From a virus (Duplodnaviria; Caudoviricetes): 44,919 bases of DNA. Below are positions 44,767-44,919 of this stretch, piece by piece. The stretch spans positions 1 through 44,919 of IMG/VR virus record IMGVR_UViG_3300012200_000009; one strand, written 5' to 3'. The notes below the pieces were generated by a model. It was not told the origin of the DNA and did no database searches. It saw only the letters and a list, made by a program, of their open reading frames with translations. The first letter of the stretch is position 1. Every line of letters starts with the position of its first letter. Made by a program: the position numbers and the translations under genes.

Positions 44767-44919
44767 TTAGCCGATCTTGATGTCATAGAGACGCCCGATA
44801 GAGCGCGTTGAAGCGTTGACTAAGCCAACGGCCCAGTCGATCAGTGTGCGGTAAATGGCGCCGTTGTAGATCAAGCCCAGGTCTTGCACGTTGGGCGGCG
44901 CAAACTGCCAGCCGAAGAA
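44767..44919 (-). CDS. major capsid protein, C-terminal part
   Basis: FFGWQFAPPNVQDLG...YRTLIDWAVGL...RSIGRLYDIKIG-stop, resembling an HK97-fold C-terminus. Confidence 0.75.
   Translation of the reverse strand, partial: FFGWQFAPPNVQDLGLIYNGAIYRTLIDWAVGLVNASTRSIGRLYDIKIG

Overview
The window is a nearly complete, circularly permuted genome (about 45 kb) of a siphovirus-like tailed phage. The major capsid gene runs off position 1 and its C-terminus reappears at 44919, with a short unassembled gap between the ends. Most genes are on the minus strand: packaging and head, tail, lysis, a lambda-type replication module (initiator with internal iterons plus a DnaC-like ATPase) and many small accessory ORFs. 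A short plus-strand early cluster lies behind divergent sigma70-type promoters. No integrase is recognisable. A Chloroflexota (Ktedonobacteria-like) host is a tentative inference. The main result is at 17.7-18.9 kb, where a stand-alone Cas7/RAMP-like gene is flanked by two arrays of 5-nt units (minus strand NN-GGY). When the variable dinucleotides are read with one skipped base between them, they spell a Shine-Dalgarno site, a start codon and helix-turn-helix protein segments, i.e. codon positions 1 and 2 of foreign genes. This points to an RNA-guided system using a gapped code, resembling what I recall being reported as VIPR systems. Other notable signals are a circularly permuted tRNA-like RNA (27.9-28.0 kb), two -1 frameshift signals with hairpins, a cassette that duplicated the terminase 5' end, two paralog pairs, probable ACG and ATC start codons, and several structured intergenic RNAs. 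All protein assignments come from motif recognition and synteny, not from database searches.
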